Source: Lama guanicoe
Lineage: Eukaryota
DNA: 64,000 nt
Assembly (NCBI GenBank): GCA_013239625.1
Contig: MU053810.1
Coordinates: forward strand, 1,995,518-2,059,517
Direction of reading: 5' to 3'
Part shown: piece after piece, positions 39,420 through 50,811 of the stretch
Layout of the letters: every line of letters begins with the position of its first letter
Numbering within the stretch: position 1 is the stretch's first letter
Translations under genes and position numbers: made by a program
Notes under the pieces: model-generated
The model's database searches: none
What the model was told of the DNA's origin: nothing
What the model saw: the letters and a program-made list of their open reading frames with translations, nothing else

Positions 39420-40401
39420 CTTTAAACTGAAGTACAGTTGATATACAATATTATAGTAGTTTCTGGTGTACAGCATAGTGATTCAATATTTTTAGATTAT
39501 GCTTCATTTAAAATTATTATAAAATATTGATTATATTCTCTGCGCTACACACTATATCCCTGTAGCTCATGTAATTTATACATAGTAGTTCATGCTTCTT
39601 AATCCCCCGCCCCTGTCTTGCCCCTCCCCACTGGTAACCACTAATTTGTTCTCTGTAACTTGTCTGTTTCTGCTTTGTCACATTCATTTGTTTATTTTTA
39701 AGGTTCCACATACAAGCGATAACATACAGTATCTGTCTTTCTCTGTCTGGCTTATTTCACTAAGCAGGATATCCTCTAGGTCCATCCACGTTGTTGCAAA
39801 GAATTTCATTCTTTTAACAGATGAGCAGTATCCCATTTTATATATCTCTCACATCTTCTTTATTCATTCATCTGTTGATGGACACTTTGGTTGCTTCCAT
39901 ATATTGCTACTACAAATAATGCTGCTATGAACATTTCAGTGTACTTTTCTTTTTGAATTAATAGGGTTTTTTTGTTGTTCCGATACATACCCAGGAGTGG
40001 GATTGCTGGATCATATGGCACTTCTATGTTAAGTATTTTGAGGAAAGTTCATACTGGTTTCCATAGTGCCTGCAGCAATTTACAATCTCACCAACAGTGT
40101 GCTAGGGGTCCCTTTTCTTCACATCCTCTCCAACACTTTTTATTTATAGACCTTTTGTTGATGGTCATTCTGACAGGTGTGAGGTGATGTCTCATTGTTG
40201 TTTGGATTTGCGTTTCTCTGATGATTAGGGATGTTGAGCATCTTTTCATGTGCCTGTTGGCCATCTGTATGTCTTCTTTGGAAAAAACATCTATTTGGGT
40301 CTTCTGCCCATTTGTTAATCAGGTTTGTTTTTTTTTTAATATATTGAGATGTATGAGCAGTTTCTATATTTTTGGTATTAACCTCTTATCAGTCATATCA
40401 T
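39420..40401 (-). mobile_element. 5'-truncated L1 (ORF2 C-terminal region + 3' UTR), ~980 bp, perfect 14-bp TSD
   Basis: Antisense L1 motifs (GGATTGCTGGATCATATGG, CCATCTGTATGTCTTCTTTGGAAAAA, CATTCATCTGTTGATGGACAC). TSD TCAAATCTATTCTT at 39406-39419 and 40402-40415. Confidence 0.95.
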
Positions 40402-40664
40402 TCAAATCTATTCTTGACCTGAGATAACCTGTTTTCATTCTATAACTGACCCAGTGAATCCTAGGCAGTTCCTTTCCACTTAGAACAGGATGCACTCTAT
40501 TCCAGCAGGAGAGGAACGGGGCCAAATCCCAGTTCACTTGTGCCGCTGACCTTCTGCTGGAAAGAACCAGCCACGTCCAGTGGTGAGATTTCTGAAGACT
40601 AGCTGTGATTCCAGGATTGTCCAGACAGTACATGTAGTAGGCAGAATGCAGCTTCTGGCTTGGG

Positions 40665-40812
40665 TGCTGGTAGATTTGCATCCCAGCTCTACCTCTTACT
40701 AACTGTGAGATCTTAGGCAAATAATTTAACCTTTCAGATCCTCAACTGCCTCCCAGGTCTGCAGCGAGAAAGGACAGACACGCTTATGACACAGTGAGTG
40801 TTAGCTACTAAC
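40665..40812 (+). mobile_element. MIR fragment
   Basis: ATCCCAGCTCTACCTCTTACTAACTGTGAGATCTTAGGCAAATAATTTAACCT. Confidence 0.7.
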
Positions 40813-41096
40813 CTTATCAGTAGGACTTCAGCAAAGTGTTCTTAGTTACTCTTTCATTTATTTAAAGCTTTTGGTATTTTAGATCATGTGGGGTTAGAAT
40901 AACTTCCTCTGCAGTTAGAGTAATTTCTTTGAGTTTTCAGATAGTGTGAAATGGACCACGTGGAAGAGAGGAAACTAATTCAAGACTAATAGGTAAAAAA
41001 AAAAATTAATGCCTGTTACCTAGACAGTATATTTCTACAAAGTGGAAATTTTCTTTTATTTCTCTTTGCCATCAATTCAATCAATAGTTATTGTGG

Positions 41097-41334
41097 AACT
41101 GGGGGAATGGAAGGTGGGAAGGGACAGACTGGGATTTCAAAATGTAGAATAGATAAACAAGATTGTACTGTGTAGCACAGGGAAATATATACAAGATCTT
41201 GTGGTGGCTCACAGCAAAAGAGAATGTGACAATGAATGTATGTATGTTAATGTATAACTGAAAAATTGTGCTCTACACTGGAATTTGACACAACATTGTA
41301 AAATGACTATAATTCAATTAAAAAAGTTAAAAAA
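41097..41334 (+). mobile_element. Young lineage-specific L1 3' end with TSD
   Basis: GACTGGGATTTCAAAATGTAGAATAGATAAACAAG...TTTGACACAACATTGTAAAATGACTATA plus an A tail. TSD AATAGTTATTGTGG (41083-41096) / AATAGCTATGGTGG (41335-41348). A highly similar copy lies at 47319. Confidence 0.88.
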
Positions 41335-43801
41335 AATAGCTATGGTGGGCAATACCATGCTACACTCTTTGGAAAATCAAGAGAAGAGATAACCAGTCTC
41401 TGATTCACAGCCTTTACAAAGTGATTCAGGAAACCAGACTCATCACATGAGTGATGTCAGTATAGGACGGAATGCCATTAAATGCCAGCTGGTGGGAGCT
41501 GGAAACTCGGAGGGCCTAGTTCAGCACTCTAAACCCAGCTGATATTCATTCAAAGCTCATTAACCAATAACAGTAATAATTTTTATAACCAATCACATTG
41601 GAAAGTGTACGCCTGGTATCCCAAGATAATAATTTTCAGAACATAAAAATCCGTTGTCCTTGCCATCAATACCAAGAAGTCTACCAAAAGTTGGCTCCCT
41701 GTTTTTTATTTTAATTAACAAATAAAAAAAAAAGAAAGAAAGAAAACAAAGAAGTTTAAGACACCGAATCCCAGGAGAGCTGCACGGAGCTAGAGGAAGA
41801 TGAACGGAGCGAGGGTCATTTCCCCTCCGGGGCACCAGCAATTGCTGTGATTCAGACATATTTGAGATCCTGTGATACCCTGACTTCATGTTCCCATGAA
41901 ACAATCTTATCAGCCAGCCTCCCTCCGGTGTTCACCTGTACAAAGGCACTTTCATTTCCTAGATTCTTGTCATTGTTCCTGTCAACTGCTGATGAAAGAT
42001 CAGCAGTCCAAACGGAACCTGCGGCCCGTCTACCCGGAGCACAGGGCCAGCTGGAAGGCTGAGAGAACACAACTGTTCCCCTCGGAAAAGCACTTCTCCT
42101 TTGTTCCTTTATCCTCAGGTCTACGGACTCCTCTGGCTTGAAAAAAGAAACCCTCTTAAGAATCTTAACATGAAAAGAGGCCAAGAAAATACGACCCTTC
42201 ACCCTCCTGAAGCGATATCCAGTTATCAGAGGACAGAGACAGAGAAAATCTGTGTTGGGTAGAAATTTCATTACCGTACAGGATATTAAAATCCTGATAC
42301 CAAGGTTGTCAACAATGTGATAACAGATGCGGCCCTCAACGTGATTGCTTCTTGAGCTGTATCTTTAAAGATCACTCCTAATTCAGTAATATCTCTAGAC
42401 CTCTGGCTGCTAATATTGATTAGTGTTCAATTCCATTCAGCAACTGCATACAATGAACAACTTGAGGGGTGAGAAATACAAAAATGAAGAGAAACCAGAG
42501 GGAACTTTTTGCAGGACCGTTTCTACCAGGGGGGAAAAGTCATTTTGCTTTTCATCACCTTCTGGCTCTTCTATAATAGTGCTAATAACCAAAAGGAAGG
42601 CACGGTTTCAATACAGAAGTGGAAAAGATACAGAGAGTACCCTAGAAACTTACTATAATATGGAACTTGGCTTCTGTACTCTAAGTTTAAAAACAAAATA
42701 AAACCAAAGTTTATAAAGGGTTCTGCTGCCACCTTTAGTAAGAAATCCCTTGTGGTAAGACTCAAAGCTGTTAGGCAGAGCTTCCTTAGAAGATGCCTGT
42801 AGGCATTCCTCATGCTAAAAGAGCTGAACGCCAGTATTACTGAAACCTGTTGGGCAAGATTCACAATGGTAATGCTCCCAAAGTCCCGCAGGTTTGGAAG
42901 ATGGACCCGTGTACGCAACATTCAAGCAAATAACTCAAGAGAAAGACCTAAAAACGCTTTGTACTATTTATGCAAAAGGGCCAGGTGTGCCCCCTTGGAA
43001 TGTCTGTTTCTAGAACGGTTTCTACCCCACCTTGCTTTGGGCATGCTGGCTGCCGGATAGTACTTTAGCAAACCCCAGGATATGGGTGTGTGGGGGGAGA
43101 TTATAATGACGAGGTCACCCAATTGGCAACAGCCTCAGGACTAATGCTGCACTGAACCCCAGACCAAGAATGGGCCCTTTTAAGTCCCTGTATGGATAAC
43201 AATGGACTTATCTGAACTCAAGGATGGGTAGGGTTTGAGCACCACTTGTGTAAGTGTTCCTGTCACCATCATTTTTTTTATATTCCCGTCCAGAAACAAT
43301 TCTTGGGATTCCCAGATCACCCTCTGTGTCCACCTGGGTCATGGGAATGCTACCTTAAAATGAACAACAGAGGAAGAGGGCCTAGTTGAGAAGAGCTTAC
43401 ACAACACTATAAGAAAGCATATAATTAACCTTTAGTTTAAGGACCACATGAGCCCACACGATCAAGCCAGCCTGCTGTGGTGTGGGAGGCAGGGCGTAGA
43501 ATATTTGCCGTTTCTCCTCTTGCTTGTTCTTAATCTTAACTCTCAGGGATTCCTCTGATCTTTTCTGACCTCCAGATCCAAGTAACTGTTTGGGGATTTT
43601 CTAAATCCCTTTGTCCAGTTATCTCTCAAGACCCTATGCTCGGTGATTTGAACGGGCTGTTTCTCTTTTCTCTGTGTTTTGAAACTGAAGTTCATAGCTT
43701 CTGTGAAAAAGGTTTAAAGGAAAACTCTTCCTTTAGCAATAAGAGGTTACTTGTTTATATTCTTTCTTCTTTTAAAATAACACTTCCACAATCCACCCCC
43801 T

Positions 43802-43823
43802 ACACACACACACACACACACAC
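43802..43823. repeat. (CA)n microsatellite
   Basis: Directly visible. Confidence 0.9.
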
Positions 43824-44586
43824 TCCAGTATGATGCATGGGAAAGATGAATATTTATAAAACAAAAAAACGAAGACCCTAGTGAGGTGTTAAGTAAGTTT
43901 TGTTTTGTCATCACAGAATTTTGGCTGAAGCCTCAGAGCTGAGAATACAAATATTTAGGTATTCACCTATTTTAAACAAAAGGGGATAGTCAATATAAAA
44001 CAAGCTAAGAAGTGATTTAAAAAAAAAACCCAAAACCCAGAACAGGTGACCTCAGCTTCCCTAACCCCTCCTCAAACCAAGTAAGGAAGGCTTCCAGAAA
44101 ACCACTCATGGGCTGTAGGAATGCCTTCTAGGACAGAAACGTCTTCTGCTTGGACACTTGCCAAGCTATATAAATCCATGGGTCCCTCTGTATTAAGGGG
44201 CCTGGAAGAGTGTGGAGACAGCTATCTTGAAAGAACCCATTATGTGTCCCCTTGAGTGTAAGCAACACAGAAACTGCTGCCTGACACTTCCTTGGAGAAA
44301 CTCTGAAGATAAGAAACTGGCTGGAGTCGTTCTGCTAGCCCAGGAAGCAGAGAGGCTACGTGAAAGCAAAATGCCTTTCCAGTGATGAATTTACGTGTGG
44401 AAAAGAGTAGACCCCAGAGAAGTCACTGGGCTCGATTCATCTTGAAAGGGACACTGTCCAAGATGTCTGCCAAGGAGCTGGTGATCCCCACAGAAAGAGG
44501 CTGAGAGGGGTGCATCTCAGAAGAGTAAGTGGTAAGACATTAGTCACAGGTCAGAAGTCCCCAGTGGGAGGATGTCTGACAAAATC

Positions 44587-44925
44587 TGTATTAGTTATAG
44601 TCACCTGCTGTTGTGAAAGAATAGGGGCACAAACTTTGGAAACTACCCAGTGTCAGTGGGTCACAAGCCCAGGCATGGCTGGACTGTGTCCTCCTCAAGG
44701 CTGCCACTGGGGAGTTGGTCGGGACTGTGGCTTCATCTGGGGCTCGACTGGGCAAGGATCCACTTCCAGTCTCACGTGGTTGTGGGCAGCTTCAAGTTCC
44801 TGGTGAGTGTCATGTGGAGGGCTTCAGTTTCTTGCTGACTGTTAGCTGGGCACTGCCCCCAGCCCTCTGCCATGTGGCCCTTTCCATAGGCAGCTCACAA
44901 TGTAGCAACCAGCTTCAAAGCTGGT
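44587..44925 (-). mobile_element. MaLR LTR (MLT1E/F-like), partial
   Basis: TGTATTAGTTA start; TCATCTGGGGCTCGACTGGGCAAGGATCCACTTCCAG; CTCTGCCATGTGGCCCTTTCCATAGGCAGCTCACAA. Confidence 0.7.
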
Positions 44926-45506
44926 AGGGCGGGTACAGTCTTCTCACGAGAAAAAGAAAAGCTTGTTAGGAGACAGAGAGTCAGCCTTGGATGTTCACCG
45001 TGATCAAGGGCACTTGAGAACCACCAGCCATCTAAGACTTCAGTGTTCTGCATCTTCCCGGCCTTTCTTCCCTTTCATCCAGTCCTGGAGGAGCCAGCAC
45101 CAGCAGCAGGAAGGCCAGGAAACAAAAGATTCAAGAGCAATAGCTGAAATTTCCAGCCAGAGTCCCTTTCCTACCACAGGCTTCCATTCCTACATCAAAC
45201 TGGGAGTGGAGAGGGAAGGGACAAGCTTCAAGGTAAATGTGAGGTTACTTTTTTTTTTCTATTATAGCTGAATAGACTTTAAAAAATCTGCACATGACTC
45301 TACATGAACACATAGAAATGACTGAAAAATCTATAAGGTCATCAAAGATACCATCCTAGGAATATCACTGAGGAAAAAAAATTGATGTAGTCTAGAGCCT
45401 CACTTCTATTAAGTCCAGTTTGCTCATTAAACTCTTTTTCATGAGCTTACACAGGAGGTTTCAAGGATCCATGAGGAATACTGATGTGCATAGTACTCAT
45501 TGAACC

Positions 45507-45637
45507 AAGAAGAAGGAGAAGGGAGAGAAGGGGTAGTGGCAGAAGAATGAGGAGGAAAAATAGGAGGAGGAAGAGGTTGAGAAGGAAGGAAAGAAGGGAA
45601 GGAGGAGAGAGGGGGAAGGAAAGAAAAACAGAAGAGA
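45507..45637. repeat. GA-rich low-complexity tract
   Basis: Purine-rich AGG/AAG tract; it explains the Arg-rich and Leu-rich spurious ORFs here. Confidence 0.85.
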
Positions 45638-46454
45638 CTGACTCAAAGAAACTGGTTTTTATGAGACGTCTGCCCCAGACATCACAGGGGCAGGTACAAG
45701 ACAGGCTGTTTACTGAGTTGTACCCAAGTAAGTCTAGTTTGTTCATAAAACAGACTGCCACTGCCATCAAAGAGTTCACATTTTAGAAGAAAGTGAAACT
45801 AATTACTATTAAATCATTGAATTATTCCTGCTCTGTCTTTTGGATTATATTTGCTCCTAATTTAAAATGCTATTCCAAAGCCAATCAGATAATGCCTCTC
45901 AGCAGCACTGTTTGGCTGAAGGATACACTCTCACTCTTTTTCAATTTACATAAATAAATTTATTTTAAAATTTATTTACATAATCAATTTCATTAATCAA
46001 AAGGGGGGAAAAATCAAAAGTCCTAAGAAGTCTTAAAATGACTTCTGTGTACCTCTCATCACCTCTAGGCCTAATTCCCGGGGGTGATTTTTTAATTTTT
46101 TTCCAATCCCTAGGCTATGTCTTCTGTGAATAACCTCTGTTTTTCTAAATATCATGCTTTATTTTTGCAGCTTAATTCTTTTAATGTTAGACATTATTAA
46201 TTTGTCATTGTGATAAAGATTCCTCTTTTTTATAGTATTAACACACCCTCTCCCACTCACCTTTCCATTATATCACTATTTTAAGTTAAATAAATCATTA
46301 TTTGCTGTTGATTTATATAAATAAGTATGTATGTACTATTTTCTCCTGCAACACTAAGTATAAATCCACGACTACATTTTTTTTATCATTTTTCCTAGTT
46401 ACCCTTGGAAAAAAAAACTTAATCTAATTGTTCTTCATATTTCCTTTTCAAATA

Positions 46455-46671
46455 CAGTAGACCCTTGAACAACATAGGTTTGAACTGCAGGGGGCCATTG
46501 ATATGCAGATTTTTTTCACTGAATACATGTTATAGGACCACCACATCGTGGTGGCTGAATCCACAGATGTGGAACCATGGATACAGAAGGCCAGCTGTAA
46601 AGTTAGATGAGTGTTTTCCACTGCATGGAGGGTTGGTGCTCCTAACTCCCTGGCTGCTCAAGGGTCAACTC
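46455..46671 (+). mobile_element. TcMar-Tigger MITE (Tigger2-family)
   Basis: Terminal inverted repeats CAGTAGACCCTTGAACAAC ... GCTGCTCAAGGGTCAACTC, preceded by the TA target dinucleotide (46453-46454). Confidence 0.85.
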
Positions 46672-46924
46672 CCCTAAACAACACACCCTGTCCTCCACAT
46701 CTGCCTTCTCTTTGGAGAACCTCTCTGGAGTCGTCCATCCTCCTGCTCCAAATTGAACCGGTTCTTCCCTATCCTTTTGGGATTGACCACTCCTTGCTGA
46801 TCCCCTGGGTTGGATCTACTGTTTTCATAAGCCCATATCTTCTTTTATTTTGGTTTACTCTTCTGTTTTCCTAAAGCACATCTTTAGCTTCCTTTAAAAG
46901 GTGCATGGCAGAAAGAAATTTCTA

Positions 46925-47155
46925 ACTTTTCTGTGCCATCATTTGCAGAGGGAAATCAAGTTTATGGGAAAGGGTGAAAAAGACTGTTAAATATGTTTAA
47001 AGTACTAAAGATACACCAAGTTTCTTGATGATGACTGACCTATTGAACAAACCTTGGAAACACCTTGCCTATGGATTTTTTTTAATGTGATAATAAATAT
47101 CTTCATTGATTGAGCCAGGTTTTTGTTATTTATAACCAAAAAGCTCCCTAACTTC
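46925..47155 (+). mobile_element. Old MaLR (MLT1J/K-like) 3' fragment
   Basis: ATGTGATAATAAATATCTTCATTGATTGAGCCAGG...TTGTTATTTATAACCAAAAGCTCCCTAACT. Confidence 0.45.
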
Positions 47156-47315
47156 CATATATCTCAGAAAGTGTCAATGTGATCCAGGTAAACCAGACCA
47201 GAGAGGAATCAATCTGGAGCCCAGGGGTTTTGTTCTAAGCCCTAGTTTATACCATAAAGACTACATTGTCATAAAAGAACGTTAATTTAGAAATAAAAGA
47301 AAAAGACATCTATAA

Positions 47316-47580
47316 TCAAGACTGGGATTTCAAAATGTAGAATAGATAAACAAGATTATACTGTATAGCACAGGGAAATATATACAAGATCTTGTGGTAG
47401 CTCACAGATAAAAAAATGTGACAATGAATATATGTATGTTCATGTATAACTGAAAAGTTGTGCTCTACACTGGAATTTGACACAACATTGTAAAATGACT
47501 ATAACTCAGTAAAAAAAAAAGGAAAAAAAAATTTTTTGAATACAAAAAACAAAACAAAACAAAACAAAAAGTAAGCATTT
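47316..47580 (+). mobile_element. Young lineage-specific L1 3' end with composite tail and TSD
   Basis: Same subfamily as 41097. Tail of A-runs and (CAAAA)n. TSD AAAAGACATCTATAA (47301-47315) / AAAATACATTTATAA (47581-47595). Confidence 0.88.
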
Positions 47581-47595
47581 AAAAATACATTTATA

Positions 47596-49900
47596 AAAGA
47601 ATCATTCTTAAAGAACTCATAGTGGAAACTGCCAAATATTTAGGAGTGAAGGATAATTAAATTCTACATAGCAAAACTGGGGAATTCAGCCAAAATGGCA
47701 CATATTGATAAGTTAATAGTATTAAGTTCTAAGCTATTAAAAAATAAGAGAGTCTTGACTCCAAGAAGCTAGAAAAATAAATGAGTATAGCAAAAGAAAG
47801 TTGAAGGAAACAAATACTAGACAGCAGATGTTAATGAAAAGAAAAAAATCAAAGCTAGAGCATCAAAATAATCCACACCTAATTCTTTTTAAAAATTAAC
47901 GAAAAATAACTCTTACAAGACAGAGGGAAAAAAGAAAGGGCAGAAATAAATATTAACACAACAATAATGGGTATCAACATAGATCAAATAAGCTACATAC
48001 CAAGGGGACACTGAAAAACTTGATGCAAATTAATTCTAAAACTTCAACAAGAATAATAACTTCTTAGAATCCTATATACCTTCCAGTTCTCAAGAAGAAA
48101 TAACAAACCTCAATAAGCTGACAATAATCACTAAAGAAATTTAATTGTTAAAAAATAGAACTAAAAATAATCATAAACCAGTCATGCAGTTAAACTTCAC
48201 TGGATGTGTAAGGAACAGATCATTCCTATCTTACACAAGCCGTGTCAGAAAGTAGGCGAAGCTCTTACTTGACATCAGTCTTTACTAATAGTTTCAAAGA
48301 CAGAAGCCATCAAGAGGCACAGGAGAAGCAGAGAGGGGCCTTGTACCTCCCGCATCTCACTCCAGAGGCTTATCCCCCAGAATCACTTCTTTGGTGATAG
48401 AAGTGGTAATGAGGCCTCTGGAAGGTACACACATTATCATCTCACCCAGCAGGGAGCATCTGGGTCACATAACATCTGCATTTATGCCCCAGATGGTTCA
48501 CTAGTTTACATACATTCCACATATGTCCCAAACTCAAAGATGCTAGGTTTGTTTACCATAAGTCATCTTCAACAAGAGACATCTAGCTAAGAGGATTTTG
48601 CAAATAAGGACTTTCCTCCTAGCAAGGACCATTTTAGTCTATCAACTGGGACATTCAGTTGTTAGCTTGTTTACAAAGATTTTTAAGGATGCAGCCACGT
48701 TATCTTTCTCCTGGGAGAAAGAATGACAGTGCGGGGCATTGACTCCTTCCTCTACACTTGCGATGCTGATTTTAGGTCACTGGTAAGCCCTTGATGTTCT
48801 AAACAAAGACCAGACAAGGAAAAATTGAGACCAAACTCATATACACATGTGAGTACAAAAATCCTAAATAAAATGCTAGCAACATTTCTTTTAAAAATTA
48901 GCAAGATGAAAGTGGATTTATCTCGGGAATTCCAGACAATCCTCTGTTAACAAATCCCATTAAAAAAATTCAAGGGAAAAACATGTTATCTCAGAGTCAG
49001 GAAAAGTATTTAATAAAAGTCAGTACATGTTAAGCATGTATCCAATAAACTAAGAATTCCTGTACATTTTCCTTACACAAGTGTTATAAATATCTTTAAT
49101 TATTCAATATCTATTTAAACAATTTTTAAATTGTTTTAAATCCTAAAACCTATAAGAAAGGAAAAGCAAACTGGTAAGTTTGCTAAAGATATGAACCATG
49201 TCAATTTAAGGAAGGAATTTGAAGGGCACAAAAAAAATTGAAAGAGGCTTCATCTTACTAATGATAAGGGAAATGCAAATTAAAACAAACATGAAACACT
49301 TATGATTGTCAAATGTCAAAAGGCAATCCAATCATCTGGGCCACGTTCACTAGAACTGAAGATGTGCATAACTTTGAACCAGCGATTCTCCCTTCTAGAC
49401 ACTACTCTAAGCAAACACTTCTACATCTGCACGAGGAAACCTGTACAAGAATGTTCACTGCAGCACTGGTGGTAATATTTAAAAATTGGGAAAAGTAGGA
49501 GAAAATAAATAACTTGTGGCCTATCCAAAATGGAACAGTTACATCTCCTTTTCCTCAATGGATTAAAAATATATATACTGAATGAAAAAAAGTAAGGATT
49601 GTGGCAGTATAATATTGTTTGTAAAAAATGTGAAAGCATGCAAAAAAAACTTTTATTATTTATGGATAGATGTATGTTTATTAATGGTATAAAAAGATGT
49701 ATAGTTATGATCAACACAAAATTCAGGAGAGCAGTTACTTCCAGGAGAGAGAAAGGAAAGAAAAATGAGATCAAAGGGGCTTCCTCTATATTTCTAATCT
49801 ATACTCTCTAAAAATCTCAAACAAATATGACAAAAGGTTTATAGTTGATAAAGCAGGTTTATATCATGCTGGTGGTCAATTTCTTACTCATTTTTCTTTC
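47596..49900 (+). mobile_element. Fragmented ancient L1 (ORF2 remnants to 3' UTR), interrupted at about 48243-48760
   Basis: Collinear L1 motifs: AAGAAGCTAGAAAAA, AAAAATCCTAAATAAAATGCTAGCAA, AAGTGGATTTATCTCGGGAAT, GGGAAATGCAAATTAAAACAA, ACAAGAATGTTCACTGCAGCACTG. No open frame. Confidence 0.75.
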
Positions 49901-50480
49901 TACTGATTTTAAGGAAGTATTAAAAGACTGACTGGCAGCTTTGTGTCTGAACGCCGGGTCTGCTGATGGCTGGGATTCACTGAAGGGCAAGGGAACCAGG
50001 AGCTCCCAGTGCTCTGGGGTCTCCAGGCACCAAAAGGGGGAGGGCTTTTCTCTGGCAACTTTCAGTCTCCTCCTCCAATCCAAGAGTAGGAGACACTGAA
50101 TGTCTGGTGCTGAGAAGCTGCAGGTGCCTGGAAAGGGAATGGGGAATGTATCCACCCCAGCACCATATCCTGTCTCTCTGATACTCTGGGCGGCTGGGGG
50201 ACAGGCTGGAATGTAGTCCATCTCCGCACGGCACCCCACCCGGCTGCGGTGGCTTTGAACTCTGCTCTACCAGTTACCCTCTCCCCACCTGCTTTCCATC
50301 AAAATCTCTCAGACTCAGACTCTCCACTTCAGTTTGTCCCTGTAGGTTTCTCCCCTTCTTGCCCCTGTACTATCATTTTAATGGAGTCTTTGGAGACAGA
50401 AAAGAACGTGCATGATAATCTGACATCCTTAACCCGAATGGATAATGAATGTGTATGAAGAGAAAAATGAAAGAGAGTTT

Positions 50481-50811
50481 TGTGACGGACAGAATGTTTC
50501 TGTCCCTCCCACATGTATAGTTGGACGTGATGGTATACGGAGGCAGGGCCTTTGGGAAGTAACTGGGTCATAAGGGTGCTCTTATTAGAAGAGACTAGAA
50601 GGAGCTTGCTTCCCCTGTCTGCTCTCTACCATAGGAGAGTATGAAAAGCTGGCCACGTGCAAACCAGGAAGCTGTTCCTCACCAGACACTAGATCTGCCT
50701 ACCCCTTGATCTTGGACTTGCCAGCCTCGAGAACCAAGAGAAATCAGTGTTTGTTCTCTAAGCCACCGGGGCTATGGTATTTTGTTATAGTAGCTGAAGT
50801 AGACTAAGACA
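50481..50811 (+). mobile_element. MaLR solo LTR (MLT1A-like)
   Basis: TGTGACGGACAGAATGTTTCTGTCCCTCC start; GGGCCTTTGGGAAGT; CCTTGATCTTGGACTTGCCAGCCTC; TATGGTATTTTGTTATAG...GACTAAGACA end. Confidence 0.88.

Noticed and set aside
39517..40427. Several 64-112 aa ORFs
   Set aside because: They lie within the truncated L1 and are repeat-derived.
41985..42007. Hairpin ACTGCTGAT-GAAAG-ATCAGCAGT containing CTGATGA (hammerhead ribozyme core or snoRNA box)
   Set aside because: There is no stem II between CUGAUGA and GAAA, and the motif is buried in the stem. Other CTGATGA hits (near 16065, 19938, 31579, 35788, 57078) also lack hammerhead topology.
45447..45786. Arg-rich (protamine-like) and Leu-rich ORFs
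   Set aside because: Translation of a GA-rich low-complexity tract.
41097..47580. Novel non-autonomous SINE family derived from the L1 3' UTR
   Set aside because: The copies start at different 5' points and have no Pol III boxes; ordinary 5' truncation explains them.
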